64,000 nt of DNA, from the NCBI GenBank assembly GCA_011109175.1, contig RDEW01000009.1, positions 1,167,652-1,231,651 of the forward strand. Direction: 5' to 3'. Shown here in pieces: positions 1 through 12,960 of this stretch. This stretch comes from Dicyema japonicum (Eukaryota; Animalia; Dicyemida). The stretch's first letter is position 1. Each line of letters starts with the position of its first letter. The notes below the pieces were generated by a model. It was not told the DNA's origin. It saw only the letters and a program-made list of their open reading frames with translations, and did not search any database. The translations under genes and the position numbers were made by a program.

Positions 1-440
1 AATGTTCATATCCGCATTGGAACTGCAGAAAAAAATTTGTGAAGCTTCACATCCCACAAGGAGAGTGAATGACTTGCCGCACATCGTGAAAGTCGAAACT
101 GGACCATACAATTTTATATTAACTAACTAAACCTTTTCATAAACTGAAATTAAAAAATTTGACGTGTCGTTTACAAACGGCCATAGTGAACCAATGAATG
201 GAATATTATGCGGAATCCTCGGGGGTGATTTCTTTATTAAACAAATATGTCAACATTGGTTTTTCTGGTGATTTTAAAATAGGCAAATATTAAACATCCT
301 AATATAATAGTGATCAAATATAATAAAATTTCTTCACTACCCAGACATTTGATTTTTGTGTTTATTAATTTTTTTATTTTATTATTTAAAATTAATTTTT
401 ATTAAAAAAATTAATTAATTTTTATCAAAATCACCATCAT

Positions 441-515
441 TAAAAAAACTAGCAGTTAACAACTAACGGTTTTCTCAAATCGAGAACGCATTCTCCTGAC
501 GATCTGCAAGGAAAT
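441..515 (-). mobile_element. 3'-end remnant of CRE-like (RLE) non-LTR retrotransposon
   Basis: Minus strand reads ...RQENAFSI*, resembling the CRE C-terminal RGNA-x-S motif, followed by an A/T-rich tail; similar to 44530-44590. Confidence 0.35.
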
Positions 516-1403
516 ATATCAGTTGGTTATTCATGGATGATGAAATTTCAAAATGGAAGACGGGGAAAAAAGATTGAAAACCACTGTTTTAGAAGCATAT
601 TCGGTTCGGCTGTTGTTTATAAGCAGTGTTGGTTCTTAATTAAACTGATGACTTTCAATAGTGAAACAATTGTAGACGACTTAATTAATGAAAAAACTGA
701 AGAGATTAATGTCCATATATGGGAAAATAGTATATTCTCTGATTAGGACGAAACCACGTGGAATAAATTTTTTGACGAAACCACGCGACAACAATTAGAC
801 TATTTATGAAAAACTTAACAAAGTCGGGAAAGATGAGAAGGATAAACTGGAAACGACATTAAGAATACGTTATTTCTCATACCTTTAAGATTCACAATTC
901 TCCTTATGGTTAATATAAGTATTTTTGCTTCTTAGTTCTCTGGGCTGTTGCTTTATAGTCATTAAATCGTATTATGATAGGATAGTATAGAAAACGTCCT
1001 AATATACGCCGATAGCCATACTAGAAAAACAAAGGGAGATATCAGGAAAAGTATTGAATGATTAACACGTAAAAAGCATCGAATGAGTAAAATTGAATAA
1101 CTAAAAAAACCAAATTCGCAAAATCTTATATAATTTGCAAATCTCGAAACGTGTGGCACAAACGAGACCTTAGTTAATATAACGTCCCTTGGTTCTGTGA
1201 AAGTGATAATGATATGAGGGGGTAGAACGTAGTAATCAATAACTTGACAAAGGTTGGAGAGGGAATTAAATCCCCATTAAGAGTTAGATAGATAAAAAGT
1301 TAGTCTTCTATTTTAAGTAAAAATCCTTGACAGAAATTTAGCGACGAATATTTTATTTATTTAATACCAAGAATCACCGACAAAATAAAAAAAGTGGGGG
1401 CCG

Positions 1404-1646
1404 TCAGGTGATCCCTGTCTCCTTAAGCAGTTGCATCATCCTTTCTCGGTGTTCCTCCCGAGAGCCGACAAACTTCCTGTATGGATGAATCACTTTTCGG
1501 AAATTTTGAGGTTTCAGCGGGGCTCCCGTTGTCCTCACGAGTTCCTCAAACGGGTTTGGCTTTAGTGGCAAAGAGAACCTTTGTATGACCCTCGTTGCAA
1601 TCTTTTGGAAGGAGAATTTAAAAATATTAAATAAATAATAAAACAT
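1404..1646 (-). mobile_element. 5'-truncated APE-LINE 3' end
   Basis: Ends ...GSREEHRERMMQLLKETGIT*, the same terminal motif as 9765, 21804, 32865 and 37655. Confidence 0.7.
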
Positions 1647-1683
1647 AAAACATTATTCTTTTTAAATTAATATTGCTTATTTA

Positions 1684-4600
1684 ATGATCCCTGCCGACGT
1701 GGAATTTAAGGTTTATGGCTTTATTTACACTTAGCTTTTCAATTACATCAAAGACATTTCGAATGAAGTCGTTCAAGAATGTGATATTGTCATAAATAAA
1801 GTCAATCATCTCAATCAGCAGACACAAGTACATGAATATTAACGAAAGATGGTTGACGTGCAGTTATGCAACGCTGTTAATCAGCTAGATATTCTCTCAG
1901 ATTATAATTTCATCGAAAACGTAGAGTTCTTGTTATTTCAGAGGGTTGAGGAGATTGAGAACTCCACTGTATCCCAAGCTGGAAATCCACCCGTACACTT
2001 GTTCCTTATGTTCTAGGAAACTACGGAAATCGACGGTTCCGAGCAGACTCGGCTATTCTTGCAGTTCGCAATGCATGCGGTGAACCGGTGCTACGTTAAA
2101 CTTGACCTGAATACTGTCTGTATGAAGGAAGATCTCATGGAGGACTCTGAGGAGGAGATGGATGTCTTCAATGCCTATGGTATTCTGGATGTGTACACGA
2201 ATCGACCTCTTCCGTTTGTAATTGGGACCGATGACTTTGAAAATGACTACTTTATCGGTGTTTCTAACTACAACGACGATTCCACGGAATTGGGATCAAT
2301 TTGTATCATTTATTATTCATTTAGCTGATAAAAATGAGGTTAACTCAACGCGTCAAGATCTCTGGTTGACATGTGGTTTTATGTTAGTCCTATCTCTGGA
2401 TAGTCTGATTGAGGATCTCATCGACGAGTCCAGGACAGGTTTCCGTTTTTAGTCGACGTTTAGAAAACGGAAAGCCTCACAGATTAGCGGAAAAACACGG
2501 TAATTTTGATTTATCACGATAGCCTTCATGAATTCGATATTCAACGACGACATTTCCGATGACCTCTTTGAAGATGATTTCGACAAGGAAGAGATCCTTG
2601 AAAAAGTTTAACTTGGTTCCTGATTTTAGAAAAAACCAGTCAATTATAAGAATATCTTTGACGAATCTGAAAACGACGACATCTTTTCCAAAGAGATGGT
2701 AATTTCTCCGGTCCCCAGAAGGCCCACTGAGATATCTATGGAGTCTGTTGTTTCTATGGAGAAGAAAAAACGGAATTTATTTTCCGAAAGTGATAGTGAT
2801 GATAGCAATATTAAACCTCAGCCCAAAAAAGCCACTAACGACAGGGAAATAAAAATTATAAAACCAATGAATTATTGCAAAGGGATCAGATCCTCGTCTA
2901 CCTCAAAAGTCATCTTTGTCTTTGAAGTCTTCAAAGGGAATCCTTAGGCAGAGGCCTTGGTGTTTAGTGATAAAGAGGACAGTGATGAAGTGTCCCTGCC
3001 AATGAAGCATCATATGTCTTCAAAGTCATCCTTGGCTTCTTCTTCGGATTCGAGACAAAGAAAGATTCAGATGATTAAAAATGACGCTATTTCAACTTTG
3101 GCTACAATAATGCAAGACTCCGTTAAAACTGTGGATTTTAAGGACAACAAGCAGTCTACGGTCGTCGATGATGATCAACTTAAAGAACACAACTTGAATT
3201 CTGTAAATAAGGATCAAATCCAAGAGATAACAAAATCAAAGATCACTTCCAAAACAATTTCTAAGAAGTCGTTGTTTGACAGTTCTGACGACGATGAATT
3301 GTTCACAAAGAACACAAGTAAACCGCTAATTATTGAAAAAATGGTTGCTAAGAAAGCTCCCCAATTTGTTGGTTCCAATGAGGAAGGATCTAAAGAAATT
3401 GTGAAACCTATTATACAGAATGTGATAGCACCTAAGAAATCTCTTTTTGATAGTTCTGATGATGAAGTTCCATTACTAAAACAAGCAAAGCATCCAAGTC
3501 AAATGTGGTTAAATCTGCTACCAAGGAGAATACACTTTTTGAGAGCTCTGAAGATGAATTTTTTACTAAAGCTAGCATTGAAAAACCACCCAACAAGGAA
3601 ATGAAACATAAAATGGAAGAAACTTCTCTCACTAATCGAAATGAAAGTTCTGATGGTAAAATCCTATCTACCGGACAAACTGACAGTTCTGAAATCAAAA
3701 TTTCTTCCTCCAGAAAAACAGACACTCCTGAGTCAAAATTCTCTTCCTCCAGAAAAACAGACAGTTCCTGAGGTCAAAATCTCTTCCTCCAGAAAACAGA
3801 CAGTCCTGAGGTCAAAATCTCTTCCTCCAGAAAAACAGACAGTCCTGAGGTCAAAATCATTTCTTCCAGACAGACACACAGTCCTGAGACCAGAATTTCT
3901 GCATCCAAAGAAACCGAAGCTGCAGAATCAAGAACTAATTATGAAAAACCGGATATTAAGAAAGATACAGAAGAGACTTCCCTAACTAACAGAATCAAAG
4001 TGAATAAACCAGAAAATAAAAAACCAACTGTTAATAGAAAATCCCTTTTTGATAGTTCCGATGATGAATTGATCAATCAAAAAGCCGTCGATAAAAAAAT
4101 GACTTCTAAAATGAATATAAATGTTTCAAAAATCGAGAAACCTTTTGATTCAAAAACAGTGGATAATAAAATGGATAAGCCAACAAATAAAGGTTTAAAA
4201 ATTTCATCAAACAAAGATCACTTGGATACTACTTTATTTGATTCTTCTGATGATGACTTTTTTTCAAAAATCACAAAAAATCGTTCTCAGAAAGAACCAG
4301 TTAAAGTCGCGGTGGTACCTGAAACTACGACTTCTAAACATAATTTAAATACTGTTCGGGTTCCTTCTCCAGCTCTTTCAACTTCTAAGACTTCGGTGGA
4401 ACAAAACAGCTTATCGACTGAGAAACACATGGAACCGAGTAATATTTTATTAACGGATTCTTATAAAACTGGTTCCAGGAATACCAGTCCATTAGTGAAT
4501 GAGATAGATATACATGATACTGAGGATGTCTCCAAACCTAAAATGCACAATTTTTTTAAACAACAGTTTAAATTTACTGATATGACTTCTAATCCATTAT

Positions 4601-6518
4601 TCATGAAGCAGAACGTTCTTAACGAGACACCACATGTAACACAATCAACTGAGCTGTCTAACAGTCAAACCGTGGAACACTTGGGGATTCGATCAACTGG
4701 GTATCCTGATATTCCAGTTCTGTATTATACTGGTGAGAATATGAGTTCAGTGACACCAGAGGAAATTAAAGAAATAGCAAGGCCACAAAGACGATGTGTC
4801 GGACCACGTGGTAGAGCTTTGCCTAGTAATCTACAATCAGTTTATTATTTTTTCATTTTAGTTTTTCGCAACTGAGAATTCTCCCAATGTTCTCAGTAAA
4901 AATGAGGGAAGAGAAGTCATACCTGAATTTAAAAATGAGGATAAAATATCATTCTCTGGACAACTTTCCTATCATTGGAGAGAATATGGTGGAAGAAAGT
5001 GATATTCCTATATCTCATGAATCTGAGATTACAATATCATCAAATATTGAACAATCCTCATCATTAAATAAGGAAGATTATTTATTGACTAAATCACCAA
5101 ATAATGACTTGACTTGTGAACTTATTGAAGCAAGTGATGATTCGCTATTACCTCATAAAATAATAATGTCAGATGATTCACATATTGATGAAATATTCAA
5201 ATAATGACTTAATAATTCCTGTTACATTCAGTGATGACGGAATAATACCTCCTGAAATTCAAAAGACATTCAGTAATGACGGAATAATACCTCCTGAAAT
5301 TCAAAAGACATTCAGTAATGACGGAATAATACCTCCTGAAATTCAAAAGACATTCAGTAATGACGGAATAATACCTCCTGAAATTCAAAAGACATTCAGT
5401 AATGACGGAATAATACCTCCTGAAATTCAAAGACATTCAGTGATGACGGAATAATACCTCCTGAAATTCCAAAGACATTCAGTGATGACGGAATAATACC
5501 TCCTGAAATTCAAAAGACATTCAGTGATGACGGAATAATACCTCCTGAAATTCAAAAGACATTCAGTGATGACTCATTAATACCTACTGAAATTCCAGAG
5601 TCATTAAATACTGACTCATTTGTTTCTCTTAACCTAGAGGCATCTAATGGTGACCCATTAGTACATTTTAAAATGGGAGAGATATACGACAATGATTCTG
5701 TACCCCTAATGACTGAGGAATTTAATAATGAACTACAAATTCCTTCTGTAGTGGATGAATCTGAAGATGACATAGAACCACCACCGTATTTTATTGGTGA
5801 TTACCAAACAACTGAGACAATAAACAATGATTTACATATTACTGATTATGATAATGTGTATGCTCAACAGCCACCACCACTACAAATTGATGACTCTATT
5901 AGAAGTAATTTTGAAGATTCCCAATTGATCATTAGTCCATCAGAAAATGACGATATTGATCCTTTGTCATTCAGGGTCACTCCACCAATGTGTGAAGAAT
6001 CAGATTTTAAGGATACCCACTTAAATGATTTGTCTCTTTATGAAACGACTGAGTTTAAAGATGATGAGTTATCGTACTTTGATCGACCCCCTATGTGCCT
6101 TATTAATGATTCCCAAGATGAGGAGTGTTTCGCTAGTGAGTTTGACTTACTTCCACCCCTAGAAGTAACTGGATCGAGAAATAAAGAGGGTTTGCCATTT
6201 TTGGAAGAACCCTCGTTTTCTACTATCAAGGATTTCAACTTGGTAGAGGACGTGGATTTGACAACTCATGACTTGAATGTACCAAAATCTTTGTTTTTTG
6301 ATGAAACTGAAGTAAATGATATGCCCCCTTTGCCTGATTTAAGTGGTGACAATGTGGAGGACGAAATTTTGTCTGTTAAAGAAGAGATTACGAGGGATGA
6401 TATACTCAATTGCGAGGATTTTGATGAATTTTTTGATTTTGAGGTATCTAATGTCTACAAGAAGGACGAAAATGATATTGATTTCGACGTTTTCTTTGAA
6501 GTCTCAGAAGAATTATAA
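1684..6518 (+). CDS. WASHC2: WASH complex subunit 2 (FAM21), multi-exon with several apparent frameshifts; segment 4887-6518 is a probable but unproven continuation
   Basis: Spliced N-terminus (NAVNQLDILSDYNFIENV; YTNRPLPFVIGTDDF) matches the FAM21 head. Repeated LFDSSDD(D/E) acidic retromer-binding motifs. Capping-protein-interaction-like motif EIARPQRRCVGPRGRALPS at about 4770-4825. Tiny GT-AG introns at 1711-1734 and 1828-1848. Confidence 0.8.
3679..3897 (+). repeat. 39-bp coding tandem repeat (about 5.5 copies; TDSPEVKISSSRK)
   Basis: Unit ACAGACAGTCCTGAGGTCAAAATCTCTTCCTCCAGAAAA read directly from the sequence. Confidence 0.9.
5224..5600 (+). repeat. 42-bp coding tandem repeat (about 9 copies; TFSNDGIIPPEIQK)
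   Basis: Unit ACATTCAGTAATGACGGAATAATACCTCCTGAAATTCAAAAG; one unit lacks a single A. Confidence 0.95.
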
Positions 6519-7379
6519 TTTATTAACATATTTTATTTTTATGGGAATTTGATATTTTTGTTAGTTAACACGACCTCGCTAACAAGTAGGAGGCTTAGGG
6601 ATTTCTTTAAGTCGACTGCTCATGGAGAATATTGTCTCTGTTTGTGGGGAACTCTTTCTTTTGTCAAAACCACTAAATACTTTGATTTGTAGTGGCAATG
6701 AGACTGGGACAAAGCTATCATTAGCATGTTTCTTTGATCGGGTGTTGAGAGACTGAATCTAACTGTAGGCCAAAGTCAGCTCATCGAAAGTCAAAGTAAA
6801 TGTATAAACATAGCCAGAAGATCTGCTTAGTCAATGTAAGCAGGTCTTGCTTTCTTGACTACTGCAAAACGGGCCACCTTTTTTATGTCATTGTCCGCCT
6901 TCGATTTCTGCCCCACACGAGATATACCTGATAGACATTTGGAAACGTGCGTTACTTTCCTGTTAGCCAAGATGTCTTCAATTTGAAGATAATAATTTTT
7001 AATAGGGACACCAAAAGAATTTAGTACTCATTTTCAAATAGAAAAGAAAGCGATGGCTAACAATAACTACCAAAAGCGGACAGTTCCAGAAATCATTAGT
7101 TTTAAAGAGGGTCGCCTACTCGTGAAGAAAACTGAAAACTGCATGATGCAATACAAGTATTATAAACTACTGAAAAGGTTAGAAACTAAAGAGAAGTACG
7201 AAGGGCTCCTGGACTGATTCACGTTCCGTTCTTTAGTTGTCAAGACAACTAGGGCAAAGTCACTTTCTTTTCTAAAGAGACTGTGACGTCTGACTACACT
7301 TAACAAATTCAAAATGCTAAACCAAACACACAACCATCAAAGGCCGAAACTATAAAATTGATAAAGCAAACGAGACAAG

Positions 7380-8511
7380 TCAGTATAATCTATCATTCGA
7401 AAACCCCCCACAGTACATGCAAACCATGAAAGCAATGAGTCCCCCAATGGAACAAATCACAATCAAAGCAATCGAAAATCCCCGTTTAATCTTAGCTTTA
7501 CTATCAATCCCAAGATTTTCTTCCATCACCATCAACATTACCGTTATTATCAACACGTGGAGTATCCATTAAGATGTCGTCACTAAATCGATGATCCTAC
7601 AATCAAACCACCACCAACCTCCTCATCCAAACTAAGAACACGTAACGAGATGAGCTCGTGGTTATCTAAAGTACCACCATCCACTACCAGTCAAATCCCC
7701 GGTGGCAGCGGTAACTCCAAAGTAGAGTCCCCCAGGCAAATGTACCCCAGGGATAGAAAAACACTCTTCATAGCCTACGTGGGAATAATGACTGGACTTG
7801 GGGTTTTTGATGTAAACCTAGCAAATAATTTAAGTAGAATAACCGATAAAACATTCTTGTCGTATATAATAAGGGCTCTTGTGGGTGTCTGATCGTTCCG
7901 GACATTTTTGGAACATCCAGCGAGTGCAGTGGAGATTCCGTCCGTTGAGTGGTCGTACGGTACAGTCATGTTGTCCACGGAAGTCGAAATATATGGATAC
8001 TCCAGCTGACATTAGTCATAGGGATACAGAACTCTCCTGGTGGTTGTTAAAGGTGTCGAAAAATACACCCATGCCGTAGAAGAGATTTTGATTTCCAAGG
8101 GCAGTCCCTGATTTCATGGTGTCACGTGTGTACCAAAATGCCATTCCGTCCCCAAAGAGGCTCTCACTGCTGTATATTTTGAACTCCAACTCCACGGCCC
8201 AGTATTTTCCGTAATATGGCTAAAAGTGATTACTTGATGGTACATTAATGGACCAGATTCCTCCCGTCTGTGACTTCTGGTCGTTTGTGAGAACAATTTT
8301 GTTGTTTAAGATGATGGAACTCCCAACAAGATCCCAAGTGTAGTAAACCCCATGTGCTTTGGTTATTAGAACGCATACAATCGTAAGGATATGATATCGC
8401 AAAGTAGAGATCATCGTCGTCTTGTAGTCTGTCCCATATGTCTGAGATGGAATTAGTCTTTGAATTCAGACAGTTAAAGAATAATGCAAAGAATATCAAT
8501 TTACAAGACAT
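7380..8511 (-). CDS. LMAN2: VIP36/LMAN2-type L-type lectin, type I membrane protein
   Basis: Removing 21-26 nt introns gives a signal peptide, GDGMAFWYT, FYGMGVFFDTF, YDHSTDG...LAGC, LPGGLYFGVTAATGDLTDNHELIS, a TM helix and C-terminal DRLY* (cf. KRFY). Confidence 0.9.
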
Positions 8512-8599
8512 TACAATGAGAATAACCTATTTATTACGATTTTATGAATTTAAATTTAATAATAAATTTGTTAAAATTTTTTAAAATAATTTGTTGGTC

Positions 8600-8765
8600 T
8601 ACAGCCATGCGGTGGGGTCGCTATCAGTTTTGAAAAAGGGCACTCCGATTATGTTCGTCTGCAGAAATTTGAAAAGGCAATTTCGGAAGACGGTGGGATC
8701 GCTGGTGTACCATTAGTGGATAGTCCAAGAGTTACTAGAAGCTGTGATCATTTAATTAGTTGGCT
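8600..8765 (+). mobile_element. APE-LINE 3' end remnant
   Basis: FRKTVGS...ELLEAVII* ending GATCATTTAATTAGTTGG, like the other LINE ends. Confidence 0.5.
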
Positions 8766-9382
8766 TTGACACGAATTTTGGATACTCGGATGCACATAGC
8801 TTCTTGATCCATGAATTTTTTCTGATACACAATGGTTCTACGTTTGAATTAGGTTATGTCAAGGAATGGGGCGTGCAAGTAAGAGACTCAGATGAATATC
8901 TGGTTAAGCTGGTTTCCGGTCAATTCAATATCGTGATATTCAGGAAAGTCATTTTCTCAATGATTAAATAGTGCTTAACCACCATATTAATGAAATTTGA
9001 AATTAACCTCCTTCCTGTATATCAGGGGTTATTAATAATTTGAAAATAAAATATTTGAGTCTTTAATGCTGTTGTTTTATTTGCCTCTATCTTCAGCCTT
9101 ATCAAGTTTGTTTAACTCATGCACATCAATCAGTCTCGGGAATGTTTACTCGTCATTTGATTCTAAATCGTTAACATATGTTAAGTTGGGAAAAGATTCT
9201 CCATTGTCATTAAAAGACATGCTTTTTAAGCTTTCGTGGTAGATTTATACAAAACCTAGGAAAATTTTAGTACTCAAAATCTAAGGAAAATTGGGAATCA
9301 TTATCAGTTAAATTTAAAGGTGATTTTAAGCATCTCCCGTAAAACACTATTTAATAACAGCCTTCAGTAGGCTAGTTGTTTG

Positions 9383-9607
9383 TGGAGGATCGGATCAATG
9401 GTTTCAGGAGGAGATCAAAGGTCCAGGACACATACATAAAGCTGGGAGAATGAAGATTAAAAAGCTGGGAGAAACGTTCCGAAAAAGATTAATAATAAAA
9501 AAAAGGAGGAAGGGTCCAGGTGTGGAGTCCAAGCCTTATGGTAGGACTCAGATGTAATACCCTCCAGAAATCTCTTAACTCTTTTGTCAATAAATCGTTG
9601 TTGTTGT
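9383..9607. mobile_element. 225-bp insertion flanked by a 15-bp target-site duplication
   Basis: TAGGCTAGTTGTTTG at 9368-9382 and 9608-9622; the insert ends in (TTG)n. Confidence 0.65.
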
Positions 9608-9764
9608 TAGGCTAGTTGTTTGCAATTACAAATTTACAGCATAAAAGCAACGTAGTAGTTAAAAAGTTTTTACTGCCATCTTTTAACTGAGAAAAAACTT
9701 AAACAGATGAATTATTATTAATAAGCCAAAAATCACAAGGTAAACTAATTAAAAGAAAAGCCCA

Positions 9765-10080
9765 TCAGGTGATCCCGACTTCTCTCAGTGACAATCTCAT
9801 CTTTTTCCGGTGTTGCTCTCGGGAACCGACACATTTTCGATAACACCGTTCTTCTGGCGGTTTTCTATTTTGGGTGAATATGCCGCCTGACTTCCTCACA
9901 AGGAGCCCCAAATGAGGTTGCCGTATTGGTAGTTGTGTGATTAAAGAGATTGTTTTTGTCATAGTGGATTGAACTGAGTTGTTCCGGCAAGTTTGTTCCC
10001 CAAGCGTTCCCCAATTTATTAACTATAGAGTTAGGGAGTTTTCTAGAGGGTTCCATAACTCAAGTTGCACATCTAGAGTT
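9765..10080 (-). mobile_element. 5'-truncated APE-LINE 3' end
   Basis: ...CVGSREQHRKKMRLSLREVGIT* terminal motif. Confidence 0.7.
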
Positions 10081-10323
10081 AAGGAGCACATCTATAACTT
10101 ATAGTTTGCTCGATGAATTGAGTGTACAACTTGGATAGTCACCGTTTTAAGGATCCTTTAAATTGAGATGATTCACATGATGACATAATTAAATAAATAT
10201 CATTAGTTTTTTGTTAATATTTAAATTAATTTTATTTAAATCACAATTAAATAATGATTTTAGGAAATTCTGTAACTACTTTGTTGTCTTTTAAAACTAA
10301 TAAATCTGAGAATATTTACATAA

Positions 10324-12292
10324 ATGACGAGCTGTGTGAGGTTAACCTATTTCACGGCATTCCTCTCCAAATCTTGTATTTCTATGACTTATAAGTAGAG
10401 ATAACCTTATTGCCAACCTAACAGAGCAATTGATATATATAAGTGCTAATCAAGTATTGATTTGGTTTCATTAAAGCCCAATCACCCCTTAGTCAATGCA
10501 ATTTATGATTTAATCCCCCTGTACCACAAAAGGGCTACTTTTATGAGAGAAACAGGTTCTAAATCACCTAAGTTCAGATCTCACATGCAAATTAAGTCGA
10601 TTCAAAGAGTCCGAGGAAATGAGTTTTTTGCCGATAAATTTTCACCTCCAAAGATTTTCCTACCTGGGGGAGTTGGGAAGTATGATTAAACCTATAAAAA
10701 GGCGGATCTCATGATATATTCACAATGGGTAGTCTTTCAACTCACGGAGCCGACAAACTCCGGCTGACAAAAGTTCTGGAAAGTTTTGACTTAAATTTTA
10801 TTGAATTCGTGATTTTCAATCAGAAAATACATTTCATATACAAAAAATTGATTAATGAGGAGCTTTCACATCTTCCAGATTTGGTCGCCATTGGAATCAC
10901 TCTTAGATGCACGTGTTCATTGATATTTTAGATCATATGGAGCGAAATGATATTTTGATCAAATTTACCAACATTTGTGGGGACCAATCAACGATCTATT
11001 ACACTATTCTTAGTGGAGAGGGGGTACCTCATGATATGTCAAAGTCAGACTTTATCTTCCGTTTTGTGAGTTATCTTGGGTCATCTGTAGTCGTACATTC
11101 ACAAACTTTGCGAGAACATTATCCCATTCGAAGATTCTGGTGAATTTTATGATTTTCTTCTGAAATTTGTTCCCGTCATCCAACGAATCAATTTAGAGAT
11201 TAAAACCAGAGTTTTCATTTAAATAAACAGTTTTTCCCAGATTCAGCATTATATGTTAAACTACACACGTGGGGTATTTTCGTTGTTGAGCCAATCAGTT
11301 TGAATGTGGGTTTATCGTAGATTAGCACATTGGCGACTGTGCTACAACATCATTTGTCACAGAATTATCAAAGGCCTGAACTTCTCCTGCAACTGAAGAA
11401 GGGGACCGTGCTTGTTGGATTTGAATCGTTGCTCACATGCTACGGCAACGAATTCATAAATCTTGATGACACCCATGTTGCCCTCAACATGTCGACATAT
11501 GCCCAATATCGTGCTGTGAAGGATTCGAGTGAACTGCTCAGTTGTCCTCATGTTGAGTTTGTGGGGTTCTGTTTGAATAATTCGATAGATTTTGGAAAGT
11601 TTGCATTCCAGTTTCGACCACGTGCTATGATGTGTTTGGTCGAGTGTGTGGGAGAGAATGGGGATGGCTATATACCCCTCAAACCCACGTGGGTATTATT
11701 CTCGATGGGAATTAATCAGGACCGGATTAAAAGCAAGCTGTAGATTGTGGTCTTCATCTTAGATCCAATGACGGTGTCCTCCAAAGTCAAATAAATGCTG
11801 CTTCTTTGTCAAGACTTGTTTCTTTCACGTCCCTGTTATTTGAAGAGGATTACGGCGATGGTGGTGTTTTCATGGAATCGGTGAATAATTCACTGAAATT
11901 GCTAACCTCTAAATTTGACCGTGACAAATGGGATACATCCCTACTGCAGACTTATTCGCAGGTGTTTATGGTTGTTTATGCAGCTGGTTAACTGTTTGTG
12001 TGGTGCACGTGTCACCTTCTGTAAAAGTGGGAAGGACCGGACTGCAATGTCAGTGACTTTGGAAGGAGCCTGGTTTGCGAAGAAGCTTTGGAACTTGAAT
12101 GATGAATATTTAGACAAATTTTGAATGGCCTGAGAAAGTATTATTTAATGAGAGGTAAGAAATGGGACCAGACTGTCAAATTGTCTTAAAAACCAGGGAA
12201 TTGGAAAATATAGTTTTTCCTTTTTACAGCTAATGTTCTTTCCTGATTTGTACAGACCCCCTGGAGGAACATTTACTCCACATATTTCTTGA
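10324..12292 (+). CDS. INPP4: Inositol polyphosphate-4-phosphatase (type I/II), multi-exon; start codon uncertain
   Basis: Catalytic CX5R motif CKSGKDRT (about 12020-12043) followed by AMSVTLE; C-terminus KYSFSFLQLMFFPDLYRPPGGTF matches the INPP4A/B YRPPEGTY motif; tiny introns. Confidence 0.85.
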
Positions 12293-12339
12293 ATTTGCTG
12301 TTGTATTTAAATAATTCAAAACTCATTTTACTTTAAGTT

Positions 12340-12790
12340 CTCTAAAGGGCCTGCAGAAGTTGAACGCTGTACGCGCGCTTTTCCAGAGGACTCCTTTGAA
12401 TTTGGATCCTTCTGTTGCAACACTCTACCGGCAAAGTATCTACCCGATTGTGGAGTATGCCTCTGTTGCACAAAGATTCGCGTTATCAGAGACTACACTC
12501 GACAGACTCAATTCAATATAAAAAAACTATTCATATGATGGGCCCTCATTCTGGATCAATGGCTAATCCCCTACTCATGGAAACTACCACCCATAGTTGT
12601 GGATCCGGATTTCTTCGGGCCTGTAAGGAGGGTGGAAACCCACTTAGCCTATCCTTTTCCAAAGAAAAGAAAGTGGATTGGTCAAGAGGTTCCCCTCCCC
12701 AATTGGATTCCTCTGCAGAGATGAAAGAAGGCTCTTTCGCACTGTAGTGGGAACAATGGGATACCACAACGTTGAATGGCTCGTTTGATT
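12340..12790 (+). mobile_element. Decayed LINE RT-downstream (thumb) fragment
   Basis: TLYRQSIYPIVEYAS motif typical of LINE ORF2 after the RT core. Confidence 0.5.
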
Positions 12791-12874
12791 ATAGAAACTG
12801 AGATTACCTAACTGGCTGACGTTCTTTCTTTCTTGGTGATCCCGGTGTTCTAAATATATTAATAAAGGGCATAC

Positions 12875-12960
12875 AAATTAACGGAACGATGGACTTCTGG
12901 AAAGGACTCCTTTCCAACAGCTCTGGAATCCTTAAAAATCGAGGGACATGTCCGTTCAAT
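12875..12960 (-). repeat. Dispersed repeat, probable RLE retroelement 3' remnant; second copy at 33305-33500
   Basis: ACGGAACGATGGAC... shared with 33310; both translate to LRIxExLE...xSIVP on the minus strand. Confidence 0.45.

Noticed and set aside
537-746. Protein-coding gene or Tc1 DDE fragment
   Set aside because: It is short, has no convincing catalytic motif, and the flanks are full of stops.
5224-5600. CRISPR-like array
   Set aside because: The units are head-to-tail with no unique spacers, the length is a multiple of 3 and encodes a peptide repeat, the context is eukaryotic, and there are no cas genes.
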